Shown here: positions 33,558 through 43,621 of the stretch, one piece after another
Layout: every line of letters begins with the position of its first letter
How positions within the stretch are numbered: the stretch's first letter is position 1
Assembly (NCBI GenBank): GCA_946407465.1
Contig: CAMJOD010000001.1
Location: 1-53,122, forward strand
DNA: 53,122 nucleotides
Direction of reading: 5' to 3'
Origin: an uncultured Clostridia bacterium
GTDB taxonomy: Bacteria; Bacillota; Clostridia; Oscillospirales; Acutalibacteraceae
Translations under genes and position numbers: made by a program
Notes under the pieces: generated by a model
Told to the model about the DNA's origin: nothing
The model's database searches: none
The model's input: the letters and a program-made list of their open reading frames with translations, nothing else

Positions 33558-34766
33558 TTATAAATTCGCCACAATGTCTCTTGTGTCTCTTGCGATAACC
33601 ATTTCCTCGTCGGTAGCAATCAGCTCCACGCGGATTTTGGATTCGGGCTTGGTGAGCATGCCCTGCTTGCCGTGAATGGTGGCGTTGTTGACGTCTTTGT
33701 CGAGGTCAACGCCGAGGCAGGCGAGGTAGTCGCAGACCTTTTCACGCAGCACAGGCTGGTTTTCGCCCAGACCGGCAGTGAAAACAATCGCGTCGCAGCC
33801 GCCCATAGCGACAAAGTAGCTGCCGACATACTGCGCAATCTGATAGTAGAGCATCTCGTGCGCGAGCTTGGCTCTGGGATTGCCCTCGTTCTCGGCGGCG
33901 GTCACGTCTCTGTCGTCGGAGGAAACGCCCGAAACGCCGAGCAGACCGGACTTTTTGTTGAGCATGTCAGACATTTCGCCCATGCTCATGCCTTCCTTTT
34001 CACCGATAAAGGTGACAACGGACGGGTCGAGAGAGCCGGAGCGCGTGCCCATCATAAAGCCGCCCAGCGGCGTCAGGCCCATGGTGGTGTCTACCACCTT
34101 GCCGTTCTTGACGGCGGTGATGGAGGAACCGTTGCCGATGTGGCAGGTGATGATTTTGAGCTCCTCAATGGGCTTGCCCATCAGCTCCGCCATTCTGGCG
34201 CTGACATAGCGGTGAGAGGTGCCGTGGAAGCCGTACTTTCTCACGCCGTACTTTTCGTAGTATTCATAGGGAACCGCAAACATATATGCCTTGGGGGGCA
34301 TGGTCTGGTGGAACGCGGTGTCAAATACAACGACCTGCGGCATTTCGGTGCCGAATACCTCGGTGCAGGCGTCAATGCCCTGAATGTGAGCGGGATTGTG
34401 CAGCGGAGCCAAGGGAGACAGCTCCTTGATTTTGTCGAGAACGTCCGCGTCAATCAGCACGGAACGGTCAAAGTAAGCGCCGCCCTGTACGATGCGGTGA
34501 CCGATAGCGGAAACCTCGTCAAGGCTCTTAATCGCGCCGTATTCGGGGTCGAGAAGCGCGTTCTTGACTGCCTCAAACGCCTGGGTGTGATTCTTCATCT
34601 CCGTCTTGCGCTCAATCTTGCCGCCGTCGGGCGCCTTAAAGCCGATAAAGGCGCCGTCGGTGCCGATTCTTTCACAGTTTCCCTTTGCGAGTACGCTCTC
34701 GTCGGTCATATCAATCAGCTGATATTTGAGCGACGAGCTGCCTGCGTTGATAACTAAAACTTTCAT
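33558..34766 (-). CDS. ackA: Acetate kinase
   Basis: VLVINAGSSSLKYQL, GHRIVQGG, LAPLHNP, FDTAFH, YGFHGTSH, TDEE. Confidence 0.98.
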   Translation of the reverse strand: MKVLVINAGSSSLKYQLIDMTDESVLAKGNCERIGTDGAFIGFKAPDGGKIERKTEMKNHTQAFEAVKNALLDPEYGAIKSLDEVSAIGHRIVQGGAYFDRSVLIDADVLDKIKELSPLAPLHNPAHIQGIDACTEVFGTEMPQVVVFDTAFHQTMPPKAYMFAVPYEYYEKYGVRKYGFHGTSHRYVSARMAELMGKPIEELKIITCHIGNGSSITAVKNGKVVDTTMGLTPLGGFMMGTRSGSLDPSVVTFIGEKEGMSMGEMSDMLNKKSGLLGVSGVSSDDRDVTAAENEGNPRAKLAHEMLYYQIAQYVGSYFVAMGGCDAIVFTAGLGENQPVLREKVCDYLACLGVDLDKDVNNATIHGKQGMLTKPESKIRVELIATDEEMVIARDTRDIVANL

Positions 34767-34902
34767 CTGGAACAATCCCTCCACTTGATTATTGAAAAAA
34801 AATCATGTATAATTATAACAATATACTTTAATATAATACTACATTAATAGCCGGTTTTCAAGTATTTTTTTCATTTTTCAAAAAAACATTGACGGAGAAG
34901 CC

Positions 34903-36063
34903 ATGGTAGCCATCATTTGCGAGTTCAACCCCTTTCACAACGGACACCGTTATATAATAGAAACCGCCAAGCGGCTGACAAACGAGCCGGTGCTGGCGGT
35001 CATGTCGGGCAGCTTTTGCCAGCGCGGCGAGGTCGCCGTATGCTCCAAATTTGAGCGAGCTGCCGCGGCGCTGCGCTATGGCGCGGATATTGTCGCGGAG
35101 CTGCCGGCGGTGCATGCCGTGTCGTGCGCACAGCGCTTTGCGCAGGCAGGGGTGCATATTGCCACGGCTTTTGAGAGCACAAGCTGCCTCGCCTTCGGGT
35201 GTGAGGACGACAACTTGCCGGCACTGCAAGCTGCGGCGGACGCGTTTCAAAACGAGGCAGTCAACCGCAAAATTGCTTTGTTGATGAAAGGCGGCGCCTA
35301 TTATCCGCAGGCAGCGGAGCAGGCGGTCAGAGAGGTTTGCGGCGACGCGGCGGCGGATATGCTCACGCAGCCAAATTCTGTTTTGGCGGTGGAATATCTG
35401 CGCGCGCTGGGCGGCAGCTCCGTCAAGCCGCTGCCTGTCCGCCGTGTCGGCGCAGCGCACGACAGCCGCGAGAGCTGCGGCGGCTATCTTTCCGCTTCGG
35501 CAATCCGCGAACGCCTGCGCAGGGGAGAGGACGTCTCGGCGTTTATGCCCGAGCCGCCTGCGGACGTCACGTATCCGGCACTTCTGGAAAGAGCGGTGCT
35601 CTGCCGTCTGCGCACCATGACAGCTGCGGATTTTCGCGCGTTGCCGGAGGTGGGCGAGGGCTTGGAAAACCGCCTGACAGCCGCCGTCAAGACCTGTCAT
35701 TCCGTGGAGGACATAATCGCCGCCGTCAAAACCAAGCGCTACACCCATGCGCGGCTGCGGCGGATTCTCTGCTGTGCGCTGCTCGGTGTCACCGAGAGCC
35801 TGCAGGCGCAGAGGGCGGACTATGTGCGCGTGCTCGGCTTTTCACAGACAGGCGCCGCGCTGCTAAAGACCTGCCGTCTGCCGGTCGTCACCTCCGCTGC
35901 CAAGGCGATGAAAGCGGACAGCACGGCAGCCGAATTTCTGCGCCGCGATATTCTCGCCACGGACATAGCCGCGCTGGCATATCAGGCGGTCAAGCCCTGC
36001 GGCGCCGACTATCACACCAAGCTGATTCGCTCTTGGCAGCCTGCGGCGCCGGATGAACGATAA
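34903..36063 (+). CDS. tmcAL: tRNA(Met) cytidine acetate ligase
   Basis: EFNPFHNGH, MSGSFCQRGE, SASAIR, EGLENRL, KTKRYT; divergent from ackA. Confidence 0.9.
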   Translation: MVAIICEFNPFHNGHRYIIETAKRLTNEPVLAVMSGSFCQRGEVAVCSKFERAAAALRYGADIVAELPAVHAVSCAQRFAQAGVHIATAFESTSCLAFGCEDDNLPALQAAADAFQNEAVNRKIALLMKGGAYYPQAAEQAVREVCGDAAADMLTQPNSVLAVEYLRALGGSSVKPLPVRRVGAAHDSRESCGGYLSASAIRERLRRGEDVSAFMPEPPADVTYPALLERAVLCRLRTMTAADFRALPEVGEGLENRLTAAVKTCHSVEDIIAAVKTKRYTHARLRRILCCALLGVTESLQAQRADYVRVLGFSQTGAALLKTCRLPVVTSAAKAMKADSTAAEFLRRDILATDIAALAYQAVKPCGADYHTKLIRSWQPAAPDER

Positions 36064-36310
36064 TACTTTTTGCGATAAAAGCATTAAGATTTTTTGCGGA
36101 TGGCGGATATACAAAAATCAACCTTTGTAATTGTGCACTATAACGGAAAAATGCGTTATATGTACAAATTTGTCCAAAAATATTTACATAAAAATTTTAT
36201 TTAACCCTTGTATTTTTGGATAAATTTAGGTATAATATAATAAATAGTTGTAAATCTATTACCATTGCATTTACAGATTATCAATTCTATCTTAAGAAAT
36301 GAGGTATATT

Positions 36311-38623
36311 ATGGCATTCTCTATTAATGACAACAGACCTCCGCTCGAGCAATTCTTGCAGGGCGAGGCGGCAAGAGCTTATCATTTCCTCGGATCTCAC
36401 TTTGAAAACTGGGACGGCCGCCAGGGCGTCGTTTTCAGAGTATGGGCGCCGAACGCAAAATCCGTTTCCGTCGTCGGCGACTTCAACGACTGGAACCCCG
36501 ACGCGCACTATATGTACAGAATTTCCGACTCCGGCGTCTGGGAGCTGTTCATTGAGGGCGTTTGGGAATTTGCGTGCTACAAGTATTGCGTAGAGACCCC
36601 GTGGAACGAGCGCATTATGAAGACCGATCCCTATGCGTTCCATTGCCAGACCCGTCCCGACAACGCTTCGCGCACCTATCATATTTATGACTATCAGTGG
36701 AATGACGGCGCTTGGGTTCAGTGGAAAAAGGACCATCCCCACAAGACGCAGGCAATCAACGTCTACGAGGTCAACGCCGGCTCCTGGAAAAAGTATGAGG
36801 ACGGCAACTTCTACAGCTACCGCGCATTGGCGGACGAGCTGATTCCCTATGTAAAAAAGATGGGCTACACTCACATTGAGTTCATGCCTCTCACCGAATT
36901 TCCCTTCGACGGCAGCTGGGGCTATCAGGTAACCGGCTACTACGCCGCTACCTCCCGTTACGGCGAGCCGAAGGATTTGATGTATTTTGTTGACCGCGCT
37001 CACCAGGAGGGCATCGGCGTTATCCTCGACTGGGTTCCGGCTCACTTCCCCAAGGACGCTCACGGCCTTGCACGCTTTGACGGCACCGGCTGCTATGAGT
37101 ATGAGGACTGGAGAATCGGCGAGCACAAGGAGTGGGGCACCTACATCTTCAACTACGGCAGATATGAGGTCACCAGCTTCCTGATTTCCTCCGCTATGTT
37201 CTGGCTCGATATGTATCACATCGACGGTATCCGTGTGGACGCTGTCGCTTCCATGCTCTACCTCGACTACAACCGCAAGGACGGCGAGTGGATTGCCAAC
37301 GCCTACGGCGGCAGAGAGAACCTAGTGGCGGTTGACTTCCTCCAGAAGCTCAACAACGTTGTCCACATGTTCTATCCCGAGGTCATGATGATCGCCGAGG
37401 AGAGCACCGCCTGGCCGAACGTTACCCGTTATCCCATCGAGGGCTTGGGACTCGGCTTTGACTACAAGTGGAACATGGGCTGGATGAACGACATGCTGTC
37501 CTACATCTCGCTCGATCCCCTGTGGAGAAATTATCACCACGACACCCTCACCTTCAGCATGGTTTATGCTTTCTCCGAGAACTTCATGCTGCCCATCTCG
37601 CACGACGAGGTTGTGTACGGCAAGGGCTCGCTTATCAATAAAATGCCCGGCGGCTACGACCAGAAGTTCCAGGGCGTCCGCGGCTTTGTTTCCTACATGC
37701 TCGCGCACCCGGGCAAGAAGCTCATGTTCATGGGCTCCGAAATCGGTCAGTTTGACGAGTGGAACGCCAATACTCAGCTTGAGTGGAACCTCCTCGAATA
37801 CGAGAAGCATCAGCAGCTCCAGCACTTCTTTGCCACGGCGAACAAGTTCTATCTCGACACGCCTGCCATGCACGAGAACGACTACGACTGGAACGGCTTC
37901 CGTTGGGTCGCGCTCGACGACTATCAGAACAGCGTCATCGCGTTCCGCAGAATTGCGCTCGACGGCAGCGAGATTTTGGTTGTCTGCAACTTCCAGCCCG
38001 TTACCCGTGAAAACTACCGCGTCGCGGTTCCCGTTTACGGCATCTATGAAGAGGTATTCAACTCCGAGGCGGCTGAATTTGGCGGTACCGACATCAAGAA
38101 CGAGGGCGACATTCAGGCAATCAATGAGAAAGAGCATGATTTGGATTACTGCATTTCCATCACCCTGCCTCCGCTCGGCGTAACCTATTACAAGCTTAAG
38201 GAAGAGCTGCCTGTTCCGAAAAAGCCCTTTCCGGAAGAGGAAGAAGAGCCCGAGGCAGAAGCCGTAGAGGCGACCGCTGAGGAAGCTGCGGTTGAGGAAG
38301 CCCCTGCCGCTGAAGAAGCGCCCGTTGCGGAAGAAGCTCCTGCCGAAGAAGCAGAGGAGCCGAAGGCGGAAGCACCTGCCGAAAAAGCAGAAGAGCCGAA
38401 GGCGGAAGCACCTGCCAAAAAAGCAGAGGAGCCGAAGGAAGCACCTGCCAAAAAAGCAGAGGAGCCGAAGGAAGCACCTGCCGAAAAAGCGGAAGAGCCT
38501 GCCAAGAAGGTGGCTCCCAAGAAGAAGGTGCCTGCCAAGAAGGCGGCTGCCAAAAAGGCGCCCGCAAAGAAGGCACCTGCCAAAAAGGCCGCACCCAAAA
38601 AGGCTGCCAAAAAAGACAAATAA
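36311..38623 (+). CDS. glgB: 1,4-alpha-glucan branching enzyme with low-complexity C-terminal tail
   Basis: FRVWAPNA, SWGYQ, LDWVPAHF, DGIRVDAVASM, AEEST, SHDEVV. Confidence 0.97.
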   Translation: MAFSINDNRPPLEQFLQGEAARAYHFLGSHFENWDGRQGVVFRVWAPNAKSVSVVGDFNDWNPDAHYMYRISDSGVWELFIEGVWEFACYKYCVETPWNERIMKTDPYAFHCQTRPDNASRTYHIYDYQWNDGAWVQWKKDHPHKTQAINVYEVNAGSWKKYEDGNFYSYRALADELIPYVKKMGYTHIEFMPLTEFPFDGSWGYQVTGYYAATSRYGEPKDLMYFVDRAHQEGIGVILDWVPAHFPKDAHGLARFDGTGCYEYEDWRIGEHKEWGTYIFNYGRYEVTSFLISSAMFWLDMYHIDGIRVDAVASMLYLDYNRKDGEWIANAYGGRENLVAVDFLQKLNNVVHMFYPEVMMIAEESTAWPNVTRYPIEGLGLGFDYKWNMGWMNDMLSYISLDPLWRNYHHDTLTFSMVYAFSENFMLPISHDEVVYGKGSLINKMPGGYDQKFQGVRGFVSYMLAHPGKKLMFMGSEIGQFDEWNANTQLEWNLLEYEKHQQLQHFFATANKFYLDTPAMHENDYDWNGFRWVALDDYQNSVIAFRRIALDGSEILVVCNFQPVTRENYRVAVPVYGIYEEVFNSEAAEFGGTDIKNEGDIQAINEKEHDLDYCISITLPPLGVTYYKLKEELPVPKKPFPEEEEEPEAEAVEATAEEAAVEEAPAAEEAPVAEEAPAEEAEEPKAEAPAEKAEEPKAEAPAKKAEEPKEAPAKKAEEPKEAPAEKAEEPAKKVAPKKKVPAKKAAAKKAPAKKAPAKKAAPKKAAKKDK
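38330..38620 (+). repeat. Coding tandem repeats (EAPAEKAEEPK, then AKKA/PAKK)
   Basis: GAAGCACCTGCC.AAAAAGCAGA.GAGCCGAAG units of 33-39 bp. Confidence 0.85.
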
Positions 38624-38638
38624 TGTGATTGCATAATC

Positions 38639-38668
38639 AAAGCGCCCTGTTTCGGACAGGGCGCTTTT
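38639..38668 (+). terminator. glgB terminator
   Basis: AAAGCGCCCTGT-TTCG-GACAGGGCGCTTTT. Confidence 0.85.
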
Positions 38669-38699
38669 GCCATGTGCGAAAAAAACTGCCTGTTACCTC

Positions 38700-38768
38700 T
38701 TGATTTTTTTAACATTTTCGTATATAATGAAACAAAAGGTGTCATTTCGTGTCATTTTGTGTGTTTTA
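38700..38768 (+). promoter_or_regulatory. mraZ promoter with 10-bp-period repeats (putative MraZ boxes)
   Basis: TTGATT-17 nt-TATAAT, then GTGTCATTTC GTGTCATTTT GTGTGTTTTA. Confidence 0.6.
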
Positions 38769-38820
38769 TGAACGAAATGGCACCGATGTTTAACATTCAA
38801 GAACAGAAGGAGGTGGGCAG

Positions 38821-39240
38821 ATGTTCTCCGGCATGTCGAATCACGCGGTTGACACAAAGGGAAGAATCGTCTTGCCCGCCAAGTTTCGTGAAGAGCTGGG
38901 AGACAGCTTTTATATAGCGCGCGGCTTCGGCAACACCTGCATTCAGGCGATGTCAGCCGAGGAGTTCGACAGACTTTCGGCAAAGATTATGGAGCTGCCT
39001 GCCGACAAAGCCATGGCGCTGCAATACGCCTTTACCGCGACGGCGGTGGAGGTTTCGCCGAATGCGTCGGGCAGGGTCATGCTGCCGCAGGCGCTGCGCG
39101 AGTTTGCCAAAATCGACGGCAGCGCGCTGGTAATCGGTATGAACAATCGCATAGAAATCTGGTGTCCGCAGCGCTTTGACGCATTTATCAGCGCCCAGCA
39201 GGACACGATTGCGGAAGCGCTTACTCTGCTCAGACTCTAG
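38821..39240 (+). CDS. mraZ: Transcriptional regulator MraZ
   Basis: VDTKGRIVLPAKFRE...GRVMLP...IEIW; first gene of the dcw cluster. Confidence 0.95.
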   Translation: MFSGMSNHAVDTKGRIVLPAKFREELGDSFYIARGFGNTCIQAMSAEEFDRLSAKIMELPADKAMALQYAFTATAVEVSPNASGRVMLPQALREFAKIDGSALVIGMNNRIEIWCPQRFDAFISAQQDTIAEALTLLRL

Positions 39241-39249
39241 GAGGATGAC

Positions 39250-40173
39250 ATGGAATTTTCGCACACGCCCGTCCTTCTGCGAGAGACGATAGAAGGACTT
39301 GCCATAAAAGAAAACGGCATTTATGTGGACGGCACCGCCGGCGGCGGCGGTCACAGCACCGAAATACTCAAGCGTTTGACGACGGGAAAGCTGATTTCAA
39401 TCGATCAGGATCCCGACGCTATTTCTGCGCTTACCCAAAAATTCAAGAAAAACGAAAATGCCATTGTCATCAAGGGCAACTTTGGCAACATGAAGGATTT
39501 GCTGGAGCTGCGCGGGGTGCGCCGCGTGGACGGCGTGCTGCTTGATATAGGCGTTTCGTCCCATCAGCTCGACACGGCTTCGCGCGGGTTTTCCTTTCAT
39601 GAGGACGCCAAGCTCGACATGCGCATGAGCCGCAGCGGCGTCACTGCCGAGGAGCTGGTCAACACCCTGCCCTATGAGGAGCTGCGCCGGATTATCGCGG
39701 AATACGGCGAGGAGCGCTTTGCCGCCTCCATTGCCAAGGGCATTATCGCAGCGCGTGAGCAGGCGCCTGTCACCACCACGCTGCAGCTTGCCGAAATCGT
39801 CAAGGCGAGCGTGCCGCAAAAGGTGCGCCGCGACGGGCATCCGGCACGCAAGACCTTTCAGGCGATTCGCATTGCCGTCAACGACGAGCTGAACGTGCTC
39901 AGCCGCGGCCTGAACGACGCGTTCAAGCTGCTCGGAAAGGGCGGCAGACTGGCGGTTATCACCTTCCATTCGCTCGAGGACAGGATTGTCAAGCAGCAGA
40001 TGGCGGATTGGTGCCGGGGCTGCACCTGTCCCAAGGATTTCCCTGTTTGCGTATGCGGAAACAAGCCGAAAGCGCGTCTGGTGAACAAAAAACCGGTTTG
40101 TGCAAATGAAACAGAATTGGCTGATAACCCCAGAGCAAGAAGTGCAAAGTTGAGAATTTGCGAAAAAATTTAA
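39250..40173 (+). CDS. rsmH: 16S rRNA C1402 methyltransferase
   Basis: HTPVLL, DGTAGGGGHS, DIGVSSHQLD, FHSLEDR, NPRARSAKLR. Confidence 0.97.
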   Translation: MEFSHTPVLLRETIEGLAIKENGIYVDGTAGGGGHSTEILKRLTTGKLISIDQDPDAISALTQKFKKNENAIVIKGNFGNMKDLLELRGVRRVDGVLLDIGVSSHQLDTASRGFSFHEDAKLDMRMSRSGVTAEELVNTLPYEELRRIIAEYGEERFAASIAKGIIAAREQAPVTTTLQLAEIVKASVPQKVRRDGHPARKTFQAIRIAVNDELNVLSRGLNDAFKLLGKGGRLAVITFHSLEDRIVKQQMADWCRGCTCPKDFPVCVCGNKPKARLVNKKPVCANETELADNPRARSAKLRICEKI

Positions 40174-40447
40174 AAAATTTTCTCTCAGGACTGGACAAAT
40201 CCGGGAATTTGTAGTAAAATTATAACAAAGTTGTAAACAGTTTGGCGACCACAAGCGATAGTAGTGATGGGGTTCCAAATCCCAAAATGTTTGAAATATA
40301 CCTGTTTCTCTAATGAATTTCGCCAAATTGAGCGGTTCTTGTGGAAACGAATTGTTAAAATTTTGAAACTTTTTTGCTTTATAGAATTATAAGGCGACCG
40401 TGTGTTTTATGATATTTTTCGATAGATAGTTTGGAAAGGTGCATAGT

Positions 40448-40996
40448 ATGGCATATTCTAATCCTAATGCAGCCTATGATTTGAGTCTGTTTGACGATGA
40501 TTTGCGTTATTCCGCTGCGGCTCCCAAGCGTCACAGGACGGAGGAGGAGCGGCGCTCGCATAAAAAAAGACAAAACCGCAAGGCTGAGGTTGTGCAGCTG
40601 CCCACCGAGGAGCTGAACAAAATCCGCCGCCGCAAACATAATCCGTTCAAGCTTGCCGCCGGCGCGGTCGGAGCAGGCATCGTCACCTTTGTGATCGGCG
40701 TTATCATTGTCGGTCAGGTGCAGCTAACCGAGCTGAATCAGGAGATTATTACGGCTGAAAAAACTCTTGCCGACACCGAGAGTATCTACATTCAAAATCA
40801 AATGAAGGTGGAGACCGCTCACACCAAGGCGGAAATCGAAAAGTACGCCACCGAGGTGCTGGGCATGACAAAGGCGTCCAACACGCAAAAGGAGTTTGTC
40901 GCGCTGGAAACAGACGACAAGGCGGAGGTTTCAAATCAGCAGGACACCAATATTTTTACCCGCTTCTTTGAATCTTTGTCCAGCCTTTGGTCATAA
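40448..40996 (+). CDS. ftsL: FtsL-like cell division protein
   Basis: Single TM followed by coiled coil, IEKYATEVLGM; lies between rsmH and the PBP gene. Confidence 0.7.
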   Translation: MAYSNPNAAYDLSLFDDDLRYSAAAPKRHRTEEERRSHKKRQNRKAEVVQLPTEELNKIRRRKHNPFKLAAGAVGAGIVTFVIGVIIVGQVQLTELNQEIITAEKTLADTESIYIQNQMKVETAHTKAEIEKYATEVLGMTKASNTQKEFVALETDDKAEVSNQQDTNIFTRFFESLSSLWS

Positions 40997-41030
40997 TGCG
41001 GAGAGCAGGGAAATACATATAGTATGGAAA

Positions 41031-41064
41031 AGGAGAGTTAAGACGGTGTCTTGACTCTTTTTTC
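41031..41064 (+). terminator. Terminator after ftsL
   Basis: GAGTTAAGAC-GGT-GTCTTGACTC followed by a T-run. Confidence 0.6.
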
Positions 41065-41263
41065 TTCATAAGCCATACGCTGCAAAAGATACAAAAGTAA
41101 TCAAAAGAAATAGCGGACTTTCTCGCGCAAAATGATTGAAAAACACGCATGAATCTGCTATAATTATAATTTAATGAATATACTGTATTATTCTCCGAAA
41201 AAACGCCCTGAAAGGACTTTTCGGAAGATAGTATCAGCACAGACAATATCGGGAGGGACCTAA

Positions 41264-43576
41264 TTGCAGGAAAAGAAATCGTCTCCTAAGGATTTTTTCA
41301 AAAGATTTTCAAAAAATTCAACTCCGAAAACCGCCAAGCATGCCGCCAAGGGACCCAACCAGCGGCTACGGCAGCGTGCGGCTGTTTTGATTATCGTCAT
41401 TCTGGTCATCGGCTTCGGCGCTACGCTGCTCCGTCTCGGACTGCTGACGGTCGTGCAGGGCAGCGATTTGCAGGAGCGTGCGGTTGACCAACAGCTCGCC
41501 GACACCACGCTGACCGCCAAGCGCGGCACCATCTACGACGAAAGCGGCAACGTGCTTGCCGAAAGCGCGTCGGTGTGGCAGGTGGTAATGTCGCCAATCA
41601 ACTTCAAGAACGACGAACAGCGCGCGGCTGCGGCAAAGGGTCTTTCGGAGATTCTGGGCGTGGACTACGACAATGTCTACGAAAAGACCCAACAAAAGAG
41701 CTACTACTCGGTTGTCAAGCGCAAGGTGGAGGCAGAGCAGCGCGACAAGGTGATTGAGCTTGTCAACATGCTTGCCAAGGAGTATGACTGCGGCGGCGTC
41801 ATCTCGCTGCTCGACGATTACAAGCGCTACTATCCGCACAGCACGCTGGCTTCGAGCGTGATCGGCTTTGCCGGCGCGGACGAACAGGGCTTGGAGGGCG
41901 TTGAGTTTCAGTATGACAAATATCTCTCCGGCACGCCCGGCAGAATTGTCACCGCCCAAAACGCGCGTGGCACCAACATGCCCTTTGCCTATGAGCAAAA
42001 CATCGACTCGCAGGACGGCGACAACATCTATCTGACAATCGACCAGAACATTCAGGAGATTTGTGAAAAATACATGCTGGAGGGCATTCAGACCTACAAC
42101 GTCCTCAACAAGGGCGTCTGCATTGCCATGGACGTCAACACCGGCGCTATCAAGGCGATGGTCACCTCTCCCGGCTACGATCTAAACTCGCCCTACACGC
42201 TGCCCGAGGCAGACCAAAAGGTGATTGACTCCCTGCCCGAGCGCGACCGTGAGCGTGCCGAGAGCGAGGCGCTGTCGGCTATGTGGCGCAACAAGGCGGT
42301 ATCCGACACCTACATGCCCGGCTCCGTCTTTAAGATGTGCACTGCCTCCATGGCGTTGGAGGAGGGCAAAATCAACGATGACAGCACCTTTATCTGCAAC
42401 GGCTCCATCGTCATCAAGGACAAGGAAATCCACTGTCACACGCTTGCCGGTCACGGCGTCGAGAACTTTACGCTGGCAATCTGCAACTCCTGCAACCCGG
42501 CGTTTATCCAAATCGGACAGCTCGTCGGCATGCAAAAATTCCGCGACTACTACAAGGGCTTTGGCTTTGCCGACAAAACCGGCATCGACCTGCCCGGTGA
42601 GTCGGACGACACCTTCTGGGCGGAGGGCGCCATGGACGAGGTTGACTTTGCGGTTGCGTCCTTCGGACAGAACTTCGGTATCACGCCGATTCAAATGATT
42701 ACCGCCTGCTCGGCAGTCGCCAACGGCGGCTACGTTGTGCAGCCCTATGTCGTGTCCAAAATCACCGACGCCAAGGGCAACGTTGTCAAATCCTACGAAA
42801 AGAAAATCAAGCGGCAGGTTATCTCCAAAAACACCTCCAAGGCAATCAGCGAGATTCTCGGCTACAACACACAGCGCTCGCGTGCCACGGCAGGCTATGT
42901 CGCGGGTTATCGCGTCGGCGCCAAAACCGGTACCTCCGAGAAAATCGGCGTTATCCGCAAGCAGAGCGTATTTGAGGAGGACTACATCGCCTCCATCTGC
43001 GGCTTTGCGCCGATAGACGATCCGCAGATTGTTATGCTGCTGTTCTTCGACACGCCGTCCGCCGACAAATACTACGGCTCCGTGGTCGCGTCTCCGGTCT
43101 TTATCAATATCATGACCGAGGTGCTGCCTTATCTCGAAATCAAAACCGACTATTCCGACATCGACGTCAAATATCTCGACGCTTCCGCAGGCGACTACAC
43201 GGGTCTTGAGCTCAAGGAGGCGGTCAAGAAGGTTGAGGCAGACGGCTTTACGTGCAGCATCAAGGGCAACGGCGACACGGTCGTTTCGCAGCTGCCGCTC
43301 GTATCGTCCAAGGTTTCCCACGGCGGCAACATCGTCCTCTACACCGACGACGCAAGCCGCAGCGAGACTGTCACGGTGCCGAACTTCTACGGCTACACGG
43401 CGGAGGACGCCAACTATGTGGCGAGCCAATACGGACTCAATATCAGCTTCAAGGGAGCTGTCGGCTCCGGCGGCACCTGCTCGGCGCAGGACATCGCCAT
43501 GGGCAATATTGTGCAGCCCGGCACGGTTATCACACTGACCTTCAGCGCGGTCGCCAGCGAGGGCTTCAACGACTAA
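41264..43576 (+). CDS. Class B penicillin-binding protein with PASTA domains (FtsI/SpoVD type)
   Basis: AKRGTIYD, PGSVFK (SxxK), SCN, KTGT; TTG start after GGAGG. Confidence 0.93.
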   Translation: MQEKKSSPKDFFKRFSKNSTPKTAKHAAKGPNQRLRQRAAVLIIVILVIGFGATLLRLGLLTVVQGSDLQERAVDQQLADTTLTAKRGTIYDESGNVLAESASVWQVVMSPINFKNDEQRAAAAKGLSEILGVDYDNVYEKTQQKSYYSVVKRKVEAEQRDKVIELVNMLAKEYDCGGVISLLDDYKRYYPHSTLASSVIGFAGADEQGLEGVEFQYDKYLSGTPGRIVTAQNARGTNMPFAYEQNIDSQDGDNIYLTIDQNIQEICEKYMLEGIQTYNVLNKGVCIAMDVNTGAIKAMVTSPGYDLNSPYTLPEADQKVIDSLPERDRERAESEALSAMWRNKAVSDTYMPGSVFKMCTASMALEEGKINDDSTFICNGSIVIKDKEIHCHTLAGHGVENFTLAICNSCNPAFIQIGQLVGMQKFRDYYKGFGFADKTGIDLPGESDDTFWAEGAMDEVDFAVASFGQNFGITPIQMITACSAVANGGYVVQPYVVSKITDAKGNVVKSYEKKIKRQVISKNTSKAISEILGYNTQRSRATAGYVAGYRVGAKTGTSEKIGVIRKQSVFEEDYIASICGFAPIDDPQIVMLLFFDTPSADKYYGSVVASPVFINIMTEVLPYLEIKTDYSDIDVKYLDASAGDYTGLELKEAVKKVEADGFTCSIKGNGDTVVSQLPLVSSKVSHGGNIVLYTDDASRSETVTVPNFYGYTAEDANYVASQYGLNISFKGAVGSGGTCSAQDIAMGNIVQPGTVITLTFSAVASEGFND

Positions 43577-43621
43577 TCAATCAGAGAGACATGAGAGAGA
43601 AACACTGAAAGGAAGATAAAA

